Shown here piece by piece: positions 59,775 to 64,000 of a stretch of DNA of 64,000 nucleotides. The stretch is from Basidiobolus meristosporus CBS 931.73 (Eukaryota > Fungi > Basidiobolomycota): assembly GCA_002104905.1 (NCBI GenBank), contig MCFE01000306.1, positions 1 to 64,000 of the forward strand, read 5' to 3'. A model generated the notes under the pieces. The model saw only the letters and a program-made list of their open reading frames with translations, searched no databases and was not told where the DNA came from. The position numbers and the translations under genes were made by a program. Each line of letters starts with the position of its first letter. Position 1 is the stretch's first letter.

Positions 59775-62700
59775 GATATTGGAAGTGATTTTGGAGAATA
59801 AGTATATTATATGGTTTTCACTTAATGATTAATTGAATATAAATGTAGTATTTCTACTTTTACATAGTCTTGGCTTATTGAACACATAGGATAGGATATG
59901 GAAGGTCCCAAGAGCATGTGTGCCAATTTTAGGGCTGTTTGGGTAACTTTGAGAATTTTCATGTTCTGGGTACCTGGTATTTTGGTGATAATATTCAATG
60001 TGAATCCCATCAAGGAGTTTGGTCATTATTTTCCAGGACTTGAAGGTATTGATCTAAGTGACTTAGTTAGGTGAGCAGTAAGGTGGAACTACAAATTCTT
60101 ACATCGCTCTTACTCCAGTAAATACTCATACTGACTAGTTCTAATTTCAACTTAAGATATTCAAACTTGTCTCTAGCTAATGGTTTGGTGAATATGTCTG
60201 CAATCAGTTCATCTAAAGAACAGTAAACCAAGCTAACTAAGTTATTCTCTATAGCTGCACATATGATATTATGTCTAATATCTATGTGCTTGGTTCTAGC
60301 ATGAAAAGCTGGATTTCTACCTAATTTAGACATCCTTCACTATCTTGAAATAAAGTGTTTTTTGACATACACCTATATCTATAAAAAGCTTTCTTAACCA
60401 CATTGCTGCTTTTGTAGCTTCACAGGCTGTCATATACTCTGGTTCTGTAGTCAAAAGTGCTACAGTTGGTTGTGTTCTAGAATTCAATGAAATTGCTCCC
60501 TGACAGTAAAGAATGGTGTATTGTAGTGAATCTTCTGACTTCTAAATTTTGGCCCCAATCAGCATCAGAGTATACCACAAGATCCTGTTCAGAATTCTTA
60601 TAAGTGGATTTTAAGCAGATATCAGCAGCTCCTTTCAGATATATAAAATTGTGTATAACTGCTTCAAAATGATCAGAACCATAGTTCTGATTAAGCTGGC
60701 TGACAACTCCCACTGAATATGAGAAATCTGGACATGTTCCAAGCCTGATATACATCCAACTGCCAACCATCAGTTGATAAGGAAAGTCAGGGCTTTCAGA
60801 TAGCTCCAAGCTCTCATGATTTGGTTGTGTTTTGACCAAATTAAGGTTTGTCTCCATTAGCGCAGTTGCTGGTTAACAATCTTCCATCTAGTACTTCTTT
60901 AGAATATCTTGCCTATACTTGGATTGACTTAGGGTGAGAGTGTGGGTGCTTCTATCTATGGAGAACTTTGTTCCTAAGTAGTAACTGAGTTCTCCTAGAT
61001 TGTACATCTTGAACTCCTTAGATAGTCTGGATTTAGTCTATTCCAATGTTACTGCGTTATTGGCAGCTATAATATATCACCCACCTAAAGACATAATAGC
61101 ACTGGATTGACTCTATCTGGCTAATAGTATAGACTACAGTCAGCATTACTCCTTTTGAAATTCAAGGATTCAAAATATGAGCCTATCTTGCAATTCCAGG
61201 CTCTGGATGATTGTTTGAGACCATATAGAGATTCTTTAAGCTTGCAGACCAAAAATCAGTTATCTTAATCAGCTAACCCATCAGGCTGGTCCATATACCC
61301 ATCCTCATCAGGTTCTTCATTCAGAAATGCAGTTTTTACATTCATTTAATGTATAAAAAACCTGTATTTGGCTGCAATAGCTAATATAATCTGATGGAAT
61401 TAAACTTGGCTACCAGTGCAAAGGACTCAGTATAGTCAAGTCCTGTTGTATGAGAGTATACTTTGGCCACAAGTCTTGCTTTGTATCTTTCAATTGCATC
61501 ATTGGCCTTGCATTTGGTCTCAAAAATCCATCTGCATCCAATTGATTTTTGCTATATTGGTAACTTGACCAGGTTCCAAGTTTGATTTTCTATTAGGGCC
61601 TGATAATGCTTAGCCATTGTAGATCTTAAAAACTTTGTCAGTGGGCTACTTAGGGCATCTTTTACAGTCTAGGGCTCATCAGTATGCACTGAATATGCAT
61701 AGGCTAAGTTTGTACCCTCATTGATAAAGTAAATTTGGCTATTTCTTGTCCAACTAGATCTCTTGGCATCTGATATTAGAATAATCACTTCTGTGATATT
61801 TCTAGGCACTGTTTCAGGCATAATCACAGTTGTAGAGTCCTTTGGAGTGAAATACCTTGCACTGTTTTGCTCTGATTCAATCCCAACAATTGGTGGACTT
61901 GAGATCATATTTTTGCCATCATCAAATGTCATTAGTGGCGCATATTTGGAATTTTCATCAAACAACACATTCTTGGACTTGTTCAGCTTCTTTGCTTTGG
62001 TATTTTGAGTCTGTAAGCCTTACTCACATTGCAGTAGCCCAAAATTATCCACTTTATACTGTTTGGCCTAAATTTTGGCTTATTTCCCAACAATTTCTTG
62101 GCATATACTGTACACCATATATTCTTAGATACTCTGCACTTGGTCAGTATCCATATCATGCTTCAAGTGGATTACAATCACAAAGTATTCTGTTATAACC
62201 CCTATTTTCAAGGTATATAGCTGCAGTAACTGCTTCCATGCAAATTATAGGATATTGTTGATCAGGGATCATCAATTTTGTCACATCAAGTATTGTTCTG
62301 TTTGCATGTTCTGCTACTGCATTTTGCTGTTGGGAATCTGGTGCAGTAGTATCTTGCTTTATCCCATGAGTTTTACCCAAGTAGATGTGTTACAAGTCTT
62401 GGTATAAGAGTTGTAGAGGAATAGAGAGTTTAGATGATATAGTAATCACTAAAACTTGGACTGGTTGTTATTAAGGTTCCAGCTGCTGATATACCTTTTG
62501 CTAGATTAATTGCTGACTAATTGAATTTCCTAGCATAGGCTTCATTTAATGACTAACGCAACTGATTTGATAGATTACACTAATATACCAATAGGTTAAG
62601 CATATGACTAACTGATTTGACTAAAAGCTGATCTAACCTAAACATCCAAGCAGTAGATCATAACAGATGAAGAGTTTTGAGTTACATTCTCAACCATTAT

Positions 62701-64000
62701 TAGAGCTATTTTCTTGATTCTTCACCGGTTTCTCTCTCCACCATAACTGTAAGCATCCTGAGCTTGGACAGAGCTTCTTTCTTTCTCTGCATTAAGCAGA
62801 CCCATGTGCATCTTGTATAATCATCAACAAAAGTAATTTAATACTTCATCCTACCTATGAATAAATATTGTTTAGGTACACACAGATCTGAGTGAATATT
62901 ATCTATTTTTTACTTAGTTTTGACTCACCTGGAGCTTGTGATCAGTTTTCTGGCTTGTTTCCCATATATGCAGGCCTTACAGTGCTCCAAACTAGCTGGG
63001 GGAGCAATTTTTACTCCATAAATTAGCTGATCTTTGATCATTTTGCTCAAAAAAAAATTGTATGCTCAAAACTCCTGGGCCAAAGCATTAGTGTATCTTC
63101 ATTTACGTCACTTATGTTGCATTCTAAATATGATGGAATATAAGTCAACCAGCATAAATTCTCATCTCTGATACTCAAAGCAATATGGGCATCATTTCAA
63201 TCAGTAATCCTGCATCCAGAACTGTCAAAGCTGTGATTGAGTTCTTCCACAGTGTCCTTGCTTACAGATAGTAGGTTCTAGGCTATTTTTGGTACATAGA
63301 GTACTTCATAAAAGGTCAGTGTATGGCATCCTTCTCTACTTCAGAGGCCTACTTGAATAGTTCTTTCTCCCACTGCATCAAGTGTACAAAAGCCACACAT
63401 GAAAACCTTCTTGATTGGAATTTCTTGATATTACTTAGAAAGTGCTTTTTGGTGTGTAAAGTATTGAGATGCTCCAGAGTCAATGTACCATGTTTGAGAA
63501 TTCTTGTTTGTGTTCATGTTTAGTGCACATAGGAATAGTCTATCATTTGTTGTTGGGATGTTTATTTCCATATTCAGGCTTTTTCTGCTGGTTATCTCTT
63601 GTTTTGAAGCACCAGTCAGATGCGTGTCCTCTCCTTCTGCATGAGTTGCAAGACAAGTTGCTGTTGCCTTTGTAGTGTCCTGAGTACCTCCTCTGTTGGT
63701 TCTCATGCCTTATCAAAGTATTTTCTTTTTCCTTCTTATTGGGGCTTAATTTTCTTAATTCTTCAACCAGCAGTGTTCCACATATACAATCCAAGGTTGA
63801 ATATTTGGTTCTGGACTCCAGGGCTGCTACAAAGCACTGAAACTCCTCTGTCAGGCTATTCAGAATGGTTACTATTAAACCCCCATCAGTGGTTGGTATG
63901 CCCCCTGATTACATCTCTTCCACCAGCAGGGAAATTCTTTTGATTAGAGTTTTCATTTCTCATCCTAGCCGCATCTTTGTAGTAAGGAATTTTTGTCCAA
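59775..64000 (-). mobile_element. Degenerate Ty1/copia LTR retrotransposon: gag/CCHC - protease - integrase - RT - RNase H - PPT - 3' LTR (~59775-60106); 5' end outside window
   Basis: CNSCRRRGHASDWC knuckle; TWYIDSGASQYF protease; TTAPDSQQQNAVAEHANRTI integrase; RT remnants ~61000-61650; RNase H HARTKHIDIRH...ADIFTKPL; purine tract GGAGTAAGAG then LTR matching 45487-45818. Confidence 0.9.

Overview
Eukaryotic, intron-containing DNA, most consistent with an early-diverging fungus (taxon is an inference). It has three zones. (1) 1-7.8 kb is almost free of CpG and holds a head-to-tail array of two divergent APE-endonuclease/RT non-LTR retrotransposons. Each ends not in poly(A) but in a short (CCCTAA)n tract oriented as in a left telomere. 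Three further, progressively more decayed copies of the same 3' tail module follow, which looks like a telomere-targeted retroelement system with an age gradient. (2) ~8-45 kb is CpG-normal and gene-rich: a small secreted PF10342-like protein, two D-2-hydroxyacid dehydrogenase (DLD2-like) paralogs flanking an alanine:glyoxylate aminotransferase and a decayed AMP-binding enzyme, an F-box/LRR gene, an intronless DAACS transporter, an intronless bacterial-type YbaK/ProX deacylase, VPS35, an ammonium transporter, several pseudogene relics, and a TE island at 27.7-29.9 kb. (3) 45.5-64 kb is a CpG-depleted TE graveyard: nested Ty1/copia LTR-gag pieces, a ~12.4 kb block bounded by inverted repeats with mirror-image CACTA-type transposase relics, and a degenerate copia element on the minus strand. 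All alignments, counts and spliced gene models were done by eye, so boundaries are approximate.
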